Positions 49,090 to 63,100 of a DNA stretch of 64,000 nt are shown here, one piece after another. A program made the position numbers and the translations under genes. Every line of letters starts with the position of its first letter. Position 1 is the first letter of the stretch. The stretch comes from Marsupella aquatica (Eukaryota > Plantae > Marchantiophyta): the NCBI GenBank assembly GCA_973895155.1, contig OZ316891.1:25853899-25917898 (forward strand). The letters run 5' to 3'. The notes below the pieces were generated by a model. The model saw only the letters and a program-made list of their open reading frames with translations. It did not search any database and had not been told where the DNA came from.

Positions 49090-51222
49090 ATGGAATCTAG
49101 TGATCCATTCCAAGACTTCTCAGACCTACCCGCCCAACCCAAGGCACACTTAGTGGCAAGTAGCTCCACTACACCAGATTTAAATAGTCCAAGCACATGT
49201 ATTATCGACAGTGCAACCACGCATACCATCCTCACGGATAGGCACCTTTTCCACAAGATTACACCTTCACGTAGGTCCTTGACCACTATCAATGGTCCCA
49301 GCCAAATAGAAGAGGGCTTCGGCCCAGCTTCTATTAGACTCCCACAGGGTACCGAAATACACATAGAATCTGCCATTTTCGCCCCGAACGTAACTCGTAA
49401 TCTCCTCAATTTTAGAGATATACGAGCAAATGGACTACACGTCCAAACAGGCGATACAAGAGACCAAGAGGTCATCCACTTGGTTGAAAATACCCCTACG
49501 GGGAAAATCATTAAAGAAACCATTTTCTCGTACCCTTGCGGGTTTTATGTAACCCATATTGAATGCCTGCATAACAATGCTCAAACAAGTGAATTGCCCG
49601 CACTTTGGCATGCACGCCTCGGCCACCCCGGCCAATCAATGCTAACCAAAATAATTAAGAATTCAAGTGGCATTCCAATCAATACACGCCACATTCCAGC
49701 TAGCACCCCATGCACTGCATGCTCACGCGGCAAATTAATAACAAAGCCCACGACATCAAAATTGCCAACCAACATACCCAAATTCTTGGAAATAATCCAT
49801 GTAGATGTTTGCGGACCAATTAACCCACCGAGCGGACCATTCCGCTACTTTATGGTATTAATCGACGCATCAACTAAATGGTCAAATGTGACACTGCTTT
49901 CAACGAGGAACATGGTTATGCCTCGGATTTTGGCGCAAATCCTACGCGTGAAAGCACAATTCCCAGACCACCCCATTAAGACACTAAGAGTGGACAATGC
50001 AGGGGAATTCACATCCGAAACATTTGACAACTTTTGCACATCACTTGGCATAGACGTACAATATCCTGTACCTCACGTGCACTTTCAGAATGGATTAGCT
50101 GAAGGGGTCATCAAACGCCTTCAGTTAATTGCATGCCTATTACTAATGCAGTCAAAACTCCCCGTCTCAGCATGGGGACACGCCATATTACAGGCTAATG
50201 CATTAATCCAATACCGCCCATCGGCTTTTAATACCTATAGCCCATACCAAATTGCTAATGGTATAAAACCTTACTTATCCCACCTTCGTTCATTTGGATG
50301 TCAAGTAATGGTCCCCATTACTCCACCTAAATGAACCAAGATGGGACCCCAACGACAGTTGGGGATATACATCGGATTTGACTCACCATCCATAATCCGA
50401 TATATGGAGCCTATAACTGGCGATGTTTTTAAATCTAGATTCCTAGATTGCCATTTTGATGAACATGTTTATCCATCATTAATAACTCCTGAACACCCAC
50501 AACCACCTTTGGAGTGGGAAAGACATTTGCCATTTTGGCAAGACCTTAAAACCAATCAAGGGGAGAAAGAAGTTCAACGAATTTTACAACTCCACAAGAT
50601 TGTGGAAGAACTTCCCGACGCTTTCGTCGATACATCACAAGTTAGCCGCTCACATATCCCAGCTGAGAGAGTACCTACATTCGGTGCAAACCACGAACTC
50701 ATAGGATACGCGGATGCCGGATATCTTTCCGACACTGACACCGCAAAATCCCAAACCGGATATGTTTTTACTATAGGGGGTACCGCTTTTTCTTGGAAAA
50801 ACGTGAAACAGACCCTAACAGCAACCTCATCAAATCACTCAGAAATCTTAGCTCTACATGAGGCTAGTCGTGAAGCCGTTTGGTTACGATCCTTTATAAA
50901 TCACATCAACACCAAATGCGACCTACCACCACTAACGACGCCTACTAACATTTTTGAGGATAACGCAGCATGTATACAGCAGATCACAAAAGGATTCATC
51001 AAAGGCGATCGCGTGAAGCATATAGCTCCAAAGTTTTTCTACACCCACGAGCTACACGGAAAAGAGATCAACATTTTGCAGATTTCAAGTGCAGACAACT
51101 GTGCGGATCTCTTCACCAAATCACTACCACCATCAGTTCATCACCGACACTGCCAGGCGATTGGACTGCGGAGCGTGCGACGCATGATGACCGTGGAGAC
51201 TGCTGCTCCACATGATACTTGA
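49090..51222 (+). pseudogene. pol: Bianca pol: PR, INT, RNase H; RT deleted
   Basis: ORFs 49090-50334 and 50341-51222. The junction SHIPAE/RVP/TFGANHELIG skips about 1.5 kb that is present in the 60-64 kb copy. Confidence 0.9.
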
Positions 51223-51666
51223 TGATGCTGACGACATGACGTTGATGATATGCTATTGACGACCTACTGATGAGACAAATGTTAAAGCTAGATTCACTAT
51301 AGCATCTAACTTTACTTAACATTGACATTTATTACGATGAGGATTGTTAGGCTGCACTCTTTTTCCTTTAGCACTCATATTTTTCTCTGCTACACTGGTA
51401 GAGTTTTTACTAAGCTAGAGTTGATAAAGGTTTTTTAACAAGGCAGTCTACCTCGATTGTACTTATATCATGTATTTCCTATGAACATGATATAATAGGT
51501 ATAGTCTATGTTATCTATATAGTTGTCATTATATATCCAAAGGGGAGTGTTAGACTCTACCTTTGACCGGATGACCGGACCATCCGGTCACCCTGATCCC
51601 ACTATATGTACTCCTATTCCCGACTATACACATGATTCATTCTCATTCTATTATCACAAACTATAC

Positions 51667-52762
51667 CTATTTGTGCCTGCCTCAACGGTTTTTTGTAGTT
51701 GACCCCCGAGGGATGACTGATCATTGATGGGGTAAAGACACTTCCATTTCTTTTGTCTTGGACAGGGTCTTCGATTGTGAAGACAGCTATAAGAACCAGT
51801 AAATAACAAGCAATCCTTCCAAGACACAAAATAAATATAATTTAAACAAGGAAAAGTCTCAACGATATTGTCATCAAGCAAAAATGATGTTAGCACAAAA
51901 CTTTATATGGACCAAACTACTACAGCAGCATAATTTTCAGCCCTATATATACTAATTTGTGTCAAGTGATGGAACCTCAATATCTTAAAATGCGATCTTA
52001 GGGGAGCTGGCAATAAATTTATACCCTAGGGAGTTCTTCAATTTGTGTGACCAAAGATTAGTTCCGTTGATCATAATAGGCCAAGTTGGAGAATATCTAA
52101 GGAGACAGTGTAGAATGCTACAATATACCCCTTGGCAAAGGGTGATGTGTAGCATTTAGGGAGGGAGGGACGGTGCCAGGAACGGAGACTTCTGACAAAA
52201 GTGATCTTTGATCATGTATACTGAAAAAGTATTTTTGGCACACTTCTTTCCACCCAAATTACAAAGTGAAATTCTTATAGTGTCCTAAGCAGTCTAAATG
52301 ACTCATTTCATTCACCCCTAGCTTGGATGGGCTCATTAATTTTTGACACACTATTTGCCCCCAATACAAAATTTCAAGGTTTGCAAAGACAAGAATGGCA
52401 TTGACATCCTGAAGACCAAGTTCTACCCATTCTTTGTTGAAACTGAAGCCCTTGTCTACCCAAAGGTTGGACAAAATGCCTGGATGCACCAGCGCAACTC
52501 AAAATGGATTCCAGGCATACTTCTCTGGTCAACAGTAACCTGGTCCATCCCGGTTGCAAGGTTCATGGGAGTGGCCCATTCAAGCATGACTTCCTACCAA
52601 AGTTCAGATTCAGTAATTCAGACCCCAATTCAATATTTTAATTTTTTACAACAGGAATTTCGGTTCCAAAATTTTCATTAACTTCTGACAAAGTAATTCC
52701 GACCCCAATAGAAATTTTCATTAATTTCTGATACGCTATCTTACCCCAATTACAGATTTCAT
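51667..52762 (-). CDS. putative 5' exons of a gene (ATG 52762 MKSVIG|; EVMLEWATPMNL...; exon 51787-51667), possibly the start of the 34.8-41.1 kb gene
   Basis: aacATG followed by a GTAAGA donor at 52744. Phase-compatible acceptor at 52594. AG/GT-bounded open exon of about 120 nt. GC-rich promoter-like region at 52.8-53.2 kb. Confidence 0.35.
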
Positions 52763-55700
52763 GTTTGCAGTGTCTTGAGAGTGTTTCCTATTTCTAGTGC
52801 CTCGCAACGGATCGAACGTGCACCGAATATCGGCAGCGCATGAGCATACGGTTCTGTACCGTATGAGCCACCGAACGACCGAACTGCAGGAGTGCAGGAC
52901 GCTTGAGATCTGCACCATACTGTACCATACTGTACCAAATGTACTGTACTTTAACGTACGTCACCGTACTCTGGAGGTTGGATGGTGGACGCGTGGATAG
53001 TACGTCGTGTCGACGGTGGTGGACGACGACAGCGAAGTGTGCGGACGTATAGTAAGTACTGTACGTACGTCTGGGACCAAACCGACCCACGTATTCGAGC
53101 ATGACAGGGTAACCTGACCCGAGGGTGCGGTGCTGCGTTGCCCTGCCTTTCCCATGACCAACGTCTTTTCTAGTGGCGAGAATTCGGTGGATTCCACCTG
53201 TCTCTAAAGTCTTGGCCACTTTTGGTGTAAATTGGATTTTCTGTTGCTTGGTTTTTTGCCTTCCATTAGGGCATATTAAACTTCAATAGATGGGGGGTTT
53301 TTTTAGTAGGGCCGAGAGTTTGTGGCCTGGGATACAGCCTCACAATGTGTGGTACACTGAGTTGGCAACTGCACTTTTTCGCCCAGGCTTTCGTCCTAAT
53401 GGCAGGCCACAGATCTTTCACTGCCCCTACAGCTTCTATGATACCTCTCAAAGTTCTCCCTTCCTTGCTTGCTCATGCCTGAAAAGCAAGACCTGGCCCT
53501 AGTTTTGGTATTGTTTTCTGAAGGTCAGAAGCCCGGATAGTTCTCGACTTATCTGACGGCTACCCTTACATTTAGGGAGATCAGATGGTCATAAATTCAT
53601 CTAAGAATATTAGATTGGGAGTCCTAGGAGCCATCTTCTTTCATACAACGTGACATTTCCCAGAAGAAAAAAGCTTAAAAAGGCTGCTGCCCATGACCAT
53701 TCATTCCATTGACCAATGAGAGATTGCAATTTTGCCCCAATTGACATTGTTGGGATCCTCGGGAGTTGAGGAATATGGAAAGTTATTTCCAGAGGAGTTT
53801 TGGGAAATAAGTCTCCCAAGCCATATGGGAGGCTGCTTTTCCAAGACTCCCAAGGCAAAGAAGTTTTGCTCACCTAGATTTTGTTTTCATTGAGTCTCGT
53901 TCTGTCATTTTCCATCAGGGAGACTATGCTGATGGTGAGAGGGGGAGAGCTCTCTAAATACAAAGGAAAACAGTAGAAGCAAGAACTCAAGAGTGGAAAC
54001 AAATTGGTTGGGTTGGCAGGAAGGCCAGGGCGGTGTGGGTCTGTCCAAGGTGGAAGAAGAAGTGTAGGCCTAATCCACCACTCTCCCCAAAGCTGTGGGA
54101 GGGCAAGATAATAATTCTTGCCCAATTCTTTTACTTTTGTTAAGAACTTTATTGACTGACTATGGTGATGTAGATGGACAAGGTTTTAAAACTGGACAGT
54201 GGAGGTTCAAGGCCCCCGCCTCCCCTGACTACCATGTAATATGGGGAATTGAGGGTTGATTTGTGTACACAAGGAGAAGGGGAATACATGGAAGACAAAC
54301 ATGATTTTCCACAATGCATATTGCAAAGTAAGTCAAGGGCTCGCGGGGGGGGGGGGGGGGGGGGTTTAGTGGAAAAAAGTGTCCAGCAATGTCATCCATG
54401 CCTGCCTAACCAATGACTAAATTTGAAAGCCACATAGAAGGCTTGTAAACAACAATGCATTTCAATGACATATCATTGACCTTATGCGACACATCCTTCT
54501 GGACTGAAAAGACCTTATAACTGTAAAGAGATGGGGTGGTCGTTGGAAGAACTACTACGCACCCGACTACACACAATTTTCAAACTCATCAATTTCCAAA
54601 AGTGCTTGCCTTATGATGCCTGGATTGTGATTACAAAACAATGCATGATGCAAAATTTGAACCTTAGAAATGTGGGCTATCAGTAATCAGGCACCCTGCA
54701 TACACTATTGTCACTAATAGTTTGCCTTAAAGTTCTTATCATTGCTACATATTCCTAACTTTTAAAACCTCAACTAATAGTTTAGTCCCTACGAGTAAAG
54801 TTGCTGGGCTCTGCCCATCCATTTATCCACAAAAAAGAGCTCAATGAGTGGTTTCACATAATCTTTCAACATTAATCAAATTTCTCCCCACAGAAATTTC
54901 ATGACGTTGCTGAAGCACATGGACTTCTGAATTTTTGACAAGAGGTCCGATTACAAAAAACGTTTCATATGAATGAGACTGTTCGAACTGAGTATGCACG
55001 AGAATCACACTAAATCTTCCCACAACTTGGGAAAGTTTCTCTAAGGATGAACAGTACGCACTTCAGAAGCATGCTTTGGAAGGGTTTGGAAGAAATTGAA
55101 CAAACAACTAAAATATACAGAACTTAGGCTAATCCAAATATAGTTCGAAACGAGGTAAATGGTTTATTTTAAATTGTCGGCCAGGTAACTCCACCTTGCT
55201 TCCAGCACTTCACAACCTCGTGGCATCAAGGAACAATATGTAAAAAGTTGGGGACATTAGAAACACAAATTAGACGCAAATGGAGTCCTTTAGTGTAGAT
55301 ATTCTAGAGAAACAAATGATCAAACTACACATGTACAACGACAGGATAGTTTTGACGATAATTAAGTTTCGGGCTTTTGAGTGAGTTTCATATTTTTCAA
55401 TGTAGATTTTGAGTACAGGTCATGAGTGACCCATACTGACTCATCGTCCATTGTAGGGAATCCCTCATGTTTTATCCAAGTGGCAAAAACTAGCCAAATT
55501 CCACCTCACTGAAAAATCTTCATAGGTTCTGGCAAAATGCTGCCAGGTGTTTTTTTTGGATTAGCTAGTTTCTCTCCTGGAGACAAATCTCATTAGCCAA
55601 AATATCCAAGTAGATCCTTCACTCAATTTATGAAATTAAAGTATAGAATATTCCTAGCACCTTCTTTCATAAAGGTGATGTTCCCTTTCTGACTATTAGA

Positions 55701-56324
55701 TAAGGAGTATTTTTAGCATCTTATCTTTTACAAACGGTGTGTTCCCGCCCTTGCAAAAAAGGGAAAACCTGAAAATTACCCTATCCTATTGAGACAAAGT
55801 CTCCAACTTATTGGTGGACAAGATTGGCTACAAATAGAATCTGACTGCTCTCTAGTCGACTTCTATAGTAGTTGTCCGCACTTGGAAGATGCAGTGTAAT
55901 GGGAATGTAAATATACAAAGTACTTGCCAAGGCCAAATTTCCATATTGTCCTTTCCCATGGAAAAATAATGGCTTGTAGTAATATTGATGATGATGTTTT
56001 AACAAGCAATACAGCCTACCGTGCATAAGTGCACCATGTATAGGTGCATTCAGTGGATAATTGCAGGTTGGTCATGTAGTCCCCTACTATTATAACATCT
56101 TTTGCAGGTTGGTCATGTCGTCCCCGACTAATATAACATCTTTTGTCGTAAATGCACCAAACAATGCATGGTCTATAAGTGTAGGTCAATGTCACTAAAG
56201 GACAGTTTGGTGTATAAGAGTAATACATGGTTCACATCTCCAAAAAGTCAGGTCCACAGGTAACACACAAGAGAGTTCTACTAAACTCTAAATTTGTCGG
56301 GCGTACCAAATTTCCCCAATCTAA

Positions 56325-56570
56325 ACTCTCCCTATCTTTTAGATGACTTTGTAACAATGAGCTATACTTGGGGTTGCACTTTACTCTAGTTAATTTTGGA
56401 TTGCAGTTACATAGTTACATGGAAGCTTGTGCCCCTGAAAGGATTAGGCAATTACACAGTTACATTTGAAGCTCCCTTAATCTCCACAAACTATACTCTC
56501 CCTATCTTTTAGATGACTTTGTTTAACAATGAGCCTATGCCTGTGGTTACACAGTTACATTTGAAGCTCT
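56325..56570. repeat. direct repeat, about 170-bp period
   Basis: actctccctatcttttagatgactttgt..aacaatgagc at about 56325 and 56496; ttacacagttacatttgaagctc also occurs twice. Confidence 0.75.
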
Positions 56571-57200
56571 ACATTAGCTTTTGATCAGGATTGTACACAC
56601 TAGGTACATGTGAAGCTTTCTCCCATGAAAAGGTTACGCTGTACTTGCATCGCTACTAGACTAGACTAGGCTAAAGCTTGGCTTCCCTTTGCGCTTTAGT
56701 AGTTAAATGTAAAGTAAGGTCTCACTGAGATTCGCATCATTCTCGTCGTGCCCAGAGATCTTTGAGAAAGGTGAGCCCAAGAAAGGAATTCTGCCTCTTT
56801 GGGAGGTGTACAACTCTGCATGCTGCACGACGGCCAATCAGGCAGTGCTGCAGCGGCATTCAGAGCCAGAGTACGTTTGAGCTCAGCTGGTCCTGTCCAG
56901 TATCTGCTTGACTTGCTTTATTCATTCACGTTGATCTTTCCTATTGGGAGGTGACAGAAAAAGAGCCTGACGAGCCGATGGAATGATGGAAGGACTTGGA
57001 CAGAGAGACAGACACCCAAACAGACAACAGCCAGACATCGTCACTCTGACTGACTTTCAAAAGAGAATAGTGAAAGGTGGCCTCCGCATCTGCGTTTGGC
57101 CTGGAATTTGGGAGCCAACGAAAGCAGGATTGATTGATTGCAACCAATAAAGATGCAAAGAGGAACGGAGAGCTCGCTTTTCCTTTCTTCTGTTCTGCAG

Positions 57201-60155
57201 GCTTTACTTTTCATGAATGTCCTCTACATTGGTAGGCAATTGAGGAGGGTAGATCGGGCCAGGAACGCGATGTGAGAGAATTTATGATGGTGGAAGATAG
57301 CTGGTCCAGTACTTCCGTCTGACTAGTTGCCTCTCATCCGACAAGTGAGAGTCAAGTGGGTCTTCAGATTCTTGGCAACAGACATATTGACAACTGGCAT
57401 CCATTGGGTCTGGAGATTGGGATGGCCTAACTATGTACTTTGATGCAATTGGTTAGGGAAGCCTCCGTAGGTGACAGGTTTTGGAAGCAAGACTGGATGC
57501 ATTCATCCTGCTTGCTTCTTGAAGAATGACATGATTTTCACTACCCGCATCAGAAGATACAGGTGGCAGCAAGCGGGCTAGCCTGATTCAACCTTCTAGA
57601 ATTCAGTAGCTTGGCATTCCATTTCCTCAAACACCACTTCATCTCAGGTGCAAAGCGGTGGGAGAAGTCTGTTGGTAACTATTGTAGAAAGTGTGGAAGC
57701 TAGCTGGCTGGCTTCACTAGTACTCCCGATGTTGGTCGCCATCTTCAAGCTACTGAAGTGGTTTGACATGCTTCTCACTCGAGAGAGCTACAGCTTGGTA
57801 TGCTACAAGGCCAGAGGTCTGCCTTGGTGTCCCCCCTAGTTTCTCGTTCCGGGTTGAGAATATGTTCATAGCCTGGCCTCTTCAGATTAACTTTCTGTCG
57901 GTCAAGTGCAGACAATTAGAAGGAAAGCCCATATGCAAAGGGGAGGGAAGAAAGAACGGGATGATTTGGAACAGGATTTTCAGTCTTATTAGCTGCTCCC
58001 GAGGTTGGCAAGTCAGTTTGGTTGACGCAATGTATGATTAATTTTAAGTCCATTGAGATTTCTTTTTCCAGAAACAAGGAGCTTCTCGTAGTAAAAATTT
58101 CCACTACTGCTACTGATCTCGAGATGCGCGCGAATTACCTGACTTGAGCTGCACGACTTCCCGGCCAAAGTTGGTTGTGGCGGATTTGAAGTAATTGCTA
58201 TTCAGTGTGAACGGAATTGCCCTTGACTTGAACTGCACAACTTCTATGACAATAATCCGTGCTCTGCTGGAATAACAAAGATCTCTTGATGTAATTAGAT
58301 CACATCTGATTCGAAGCACGCAGTCTGGCTTCTCAAGGAAGACAACTCGACGTTGTTTGTTCTCAAGATTTGGTGCATAATCATGGAGTAACCTGAAATG
58401 GAGTGGAACTATTGGCCTAGAAGACACACCCGTCTATCCATTTTCTAGGTTTTGAAACCACTTCCAGTACGTCACTCTCGGGAGTGTAGTAGCTCTCCTC
58501 TCCTCTCCTCTCCTCCAAGCAGTAGTCAATCGTCAGTCCCAGAGAGCAACGACAGTTGTTGGCGTGCTTGAAGGGCAAAGAACTGCCGGACCGAAGAAGG
58601 ACACAAGCTTCCATCACAAGCATTTTACTGTCGACTGGATTCAGTCAATATCTTCTCTATGGCTGTTGGCAACTTTCAATTGCTATATACACGTCTTGTC
58701 CCGTGATCAACTTGGGTCAGCGTTGACCTCCCATTTCAATATTCCGATTACTCTTCCTGTCTCGTCGGCGTGCCACTCAGACGGAGGGCAAGCTTGAAGA
58801 AGGTACGAAACAGTCTTCAGTGCTCGCTACTCTCTGCCCACATTGGGACCACAAATCCTTTCCTTGTACAAGAAACACCTGCTCCACAAGCTGGCTTCTC
58901 CTATGACCTGTACTGGCCCTAGTTGGACCTAATGAGAGGGAGCTTTTCTTTCCAAAGAAGTTACAGTACCTGGAAGAAACCTACCACAAAGGCCCTGAGT
59001 ATGGACAAGACAGTGGGAAACACCCACAAGAAGGTGACAAGGATATGGTGACCGAAGTCAAGGCTGTGGACGGCTTCTTGCCTTCTGGTATAAAATCGAA
59101 GCGTACTTTTGGCTGATTTGGTCGTTGATGGAAGAGTTAATAACGTATACAGCAAGCTCTCTTTCAGCATGAAGAAAACGTCTGGGTGGGGTGGGTGGGT
59201 AGGACCCATGGCCTATCCTAAAATTTCAATCTACAGAACACTTGGACGGCGAATTCGTTTGAGACCGAGCCTAGGGACTATTCATGGAGCTCATTCCTCT
59301 CTAAGACATGGGATCTGGAAACAGCATCTTCAGACAACACGACAACCATCGCCGGGTACAAAATGTGGCATTGGAAGAAGCTCTGTTCCATGTTCGGCTT
59401 AGATTTACACCTTGGAATAACGACAACAACAAACAGAATGGGAAGATGCGAAGAGGATCGGAGTGTCTGCACAGCTACTAATTTAAATGGACAACAGTAT
59501 CCGATCAGTAGACAGTTGACAATGTGCAATTACGGAATCTTCTAGAGAGAGATTTCGAAGGTATAATTAGTTGAAGCCACCTCTTCGTGGTGGAACAAAA
59601 GCCGTAGGTGGACAACGGGAGAATCGAAATTGTTGTCTGGACTTTGAATGCTGCCAAACCTCCGATCCTCACTATAAGCTTGACAAGCATGAAGGAATGT
59701 ATGAACATGTCCAAAACCCCACAGTAGATTGACTAAATGTTACTCAGAGAGTACAAATCAACCCACAAAACAACTGGGCTGCACAGTAGCGGTCTAAGAG
59801 CACTATTCCATGAGCCCTCGAATCGGCCGATGGCAAAAACCCTCAAACTTTCGCGGATTTTGGAGCCATTGAGAAGCCGGGATTGTTTAAGGGTTATCCT
59901 CAACTCGACGTACAGGGTGGAAGGCCAGCCGAGCATAAGGGCTAGGTTCCATGGGCCAGGGACAGGGAGTAAGATTACACCCTCCGACACCTCCGGGGCC
60001 CAAGTATACATATGCCAAGGTGTATACAACATTTTAAATGTATGAATTTTGATTTTAGAGCCAATGAGAATGCCACTAGTGACCACTGTACTGTCACTAT
60101 ACAGGGCAGGGAGCCCCTAGAGTTTAACAGGGAGTGTGAGGAAAAATCATACTCC
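57201..60155 (+). pseudogene. coding-like degenerate region, unidentified (possibly an LRR-type pseudogene)
   Basis: Strong acceptor (tcctttcttctgttctgcag) at 57200, codon-like composition with scattered stops, repeated LELHDF/LELHNF and ELPDLS-like words. Confidence 0.2.
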
Positions 60156-63100
60156 TGTGAGAATAGAATGGAATGAACATGTGTATAGTCGGGAATAGGA
60201 GTACATATAGTGGGACCAAGGTGACCGGCTGGTCCAATTGTCCGGTCAAAGGTAGAGTCTAACACTCCCCTTTGGATATATAGTGACAACTATATAGACA
60301 ACATAGACTATACTTATTATATCATGTTCATAGGAAATACATGATATAAGTACAATTGAGGTAGACTGCCTCGTTAAAAAACCTTTATCAACTCTAGCTT
60401 AGTAAAACTCTACCAGTGTAACAGTGAAAAATATGAGTGCTAAAGGAAAAAGAGTGCAACCTAACAGTCCTCGTCATAATAAATGTCAATGTTAAGTAAA
60501 GTTAGATGTTATAGTAAATCTAAGTTTAACATCTGTCTCAACAATGGGTCGTCAGCATCATGTCGTCAGCATCATCAAGTATCATGTGGAGCAGCAGCCT
60601 CCACAGTCATCATGCGTCGCACGCTCCGCAATCCAATCGCCTGGCAGTGTCGGTGATGAACTGATGGTGGTAGTGATTTGGTGAAGAGATCCGCACAGTT
60701 GTCTGCACTTGAAATCTGTAAGATGTTGATCTCTTTTCCATGTAACTCGTGGGTGTAGAAAAATTTCGGAGCTATATGCTTCACGCGATCGCCTTTGATG
60801 AATCCTTTCGTGATCTGCTGTATACATGCTGCGTTATCCTCAAAAATGTTAGTAGGCTTCGTTAGTGGTGGTAGGCCGCATTTGGTGTTGATGTGGTTTA
60901 TAAAGGATCGTAACCAAACGGCTTCACGACTAGCCTCATGTAGGGCTAAGATTTCTGAGTGATTCGATGAGGTTGCTGTTAGGGTTTGTTTCACGCTTTT
61001 CCAAGAAAAAGCGGTTCCCCCAATAGTAAAAACATATCCGGTTTGAGATTTTGCGGTGTCCGTGTCGGAAAGATATCCGGCATCCGCGTATCCTATGAGT
61101 TCGTGGTTTGCACCGAATGTGTAAAATAACCCAGTATCGGTGGTGCCACGCAGATATCTAAATATGTGCTTAACTCCGTTCCAGTGTCTGGCTGTGGGAG
61201 TTGCACTATGTCTGGCTAGTAAGTTAACTGCAAATGCAATGTCTGGTCTAGTCTGATTTGCTAGGTACATTAATGCTCCTATCGCAGAAAGGTATGGGGT
61301 TTCTGGTCCTAATAGTGGTTCATGTTCTTCGCGTTTGCGAAAAACATCAGTATTGTTTTCTAATGAACGTACAACCATTGGTGACGTCAATGGGTGTGCT
61401 AGGTTCATATTGAACTGTTTTAGGATCTTTTCAGTTTGTGTTGTCTGATGGAGCATCATGCCAGTGGGTAGGATCTCTAGTTGTAAGCCTAAGCAAAAGT
61501 TTGTATGTCCAAGGTCTTTCATCTCAAATGTTGATTTAAGACTGGTAATAGTATCTTCTGTAAGTTGGGGTGTCCCAAATATATTTAAGTCATCAACATA
61601 AATAGAAACGATGACATATTCATCATCCACATGTTTAATAAATAAACATGGTGTAATGGCATCATGGGAAAAACCCATGGCAATCATTTCATCAGTAAAT
61701 CTTTGATACCATACTCTGCCACTTTGTTTCAGGCCATATAATGCCTTCAACACGCGGATAGCTAGTCCGCGGCGAGTATTCCGTACGGTTGACACAACGG
61801 TGTCGTTATTATGAGTTACATGTGTAGATGACACATAAGGTGTAACTTGAGATAATTGTGTTATAATCTTATGTAAATATGGGATATGCGATTTAGCGCC
61901 TTGAGCTAGGGCTCGGCGAAGTTGCTCCAACTCGGGAGGTGATCGCATGTATAGACAAGTGTCTAAAGTTCCATATAGATATGCGGTCGCAACATCCAGT
62001 TGTCGCATTTGTAGTTTATGGAAAATGGCAAATCCGATAAGGTATCAGAATGTTGTGCTATCCATAACCGGTGAGTAAGTTTCATCGTAATGAATTCTCG
62101 GTTGTTGGGTAAATCCTTTTCCTACCAGACGTGCTTTATAGCGTACAACTTGGCCTTTATCATTTCTTTTGCGGACAAATGTCCACTTGTAGCCAATTAG
62201 GTGTACGTCTTGCGGTGTTGGCTCGACTGGGCCAAAAGTGTGTCTGCTTAGTAGGGAATCTAATTCTCCATTGATAGCTTTTTGCCATTCAGGCCAATCT
62301 GGTCTGTTTTGGCATTCTAAGATGGATATTGGTTCGGGTGTATCGTCAGTGATATGTGTTGCCACCATTAATGCAAAAGCATCATCTATTGAAGTAGTAT
62401 TTCTATCCCACATCACACTTGTGTGTGCGTAGTGGATAGAGATCTCTTCATGGGATGTAGATTCGGTATGATCGACATCAGGTGAAGGCGGTATAGATGA
62501 ACCACGCCTTTGTGGTTGTTTATCTTTTGATCCCAAGGGTCTACCTCGTTTTGCACGAGGTTGGGATGTACTTGCTGGCTCACTTGATAATTCGATGCGA
62601 GCAGATGCTCTCGCAGCTGGAATATGTGAGCGGGTAAGTTGTGATGTGTCAACGAAAGCATCAGGAAGTTCTTCCACAATCTTGTGGAGTTGCAGAATTC
62701 TTTGAACTTCTTTCTCCCCTTGATTCGTTCTAAGGTCTTGCCAAAATGGCGAGTGTCTTTCCCACTCCAAAGGTGGTTGTGGGTGTTCAGGGGTTATTAA
62801 TGGTGGGTAAATGTGTTCATCAAAATGGCAATCTAGAAATCTGGCTTTAAAAACGTCGCCAGTTGTAGGTTCTATATATCGGATTATGGACGGTGAGTCG
62901 AATCCGATGTATATCCCCAACTGTCGTTGGGGTCCCATCTTGGTTCGTTTGGGTGGGGTAATGGGGACCATTACTTGGCATCCAAATGAACGAAGGTGGG
63001 ATAAGTCAGGTTTTATACCATTAGCAATTTGGTATGGGCTATAGGTATTAAAAGCTGATGGGCGGTATTGAATTAATGCATTAGCCTGTAATATGGCGTG

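Larger units (their letters stand above)
46322..51658 (+). mobile_element. Ty1/copia retrotransposon, Bianca-like lineage, internally deleted (RT missing)
   Basis: 111-bp LTRs at 46322-46432 and 51548-51658 (1 mismatch), TSD AACTA, Bianca-type PBS CGTTATCAACACG, PPT CCAAAGGGGAG. gag MANLEKLTFPALEIDGGNYLEW, PR CIIDSATTHTIL, INT LRVDNAGEFTS, RH GYADAGYLSD. Confidence 0.95.

Noticed and set aside
54346-54364. Poly-G run (also poly-C at about 28079-28096)
   Set aside because: Simple homopolymers that are prone to sequencing error, with no supporting context.
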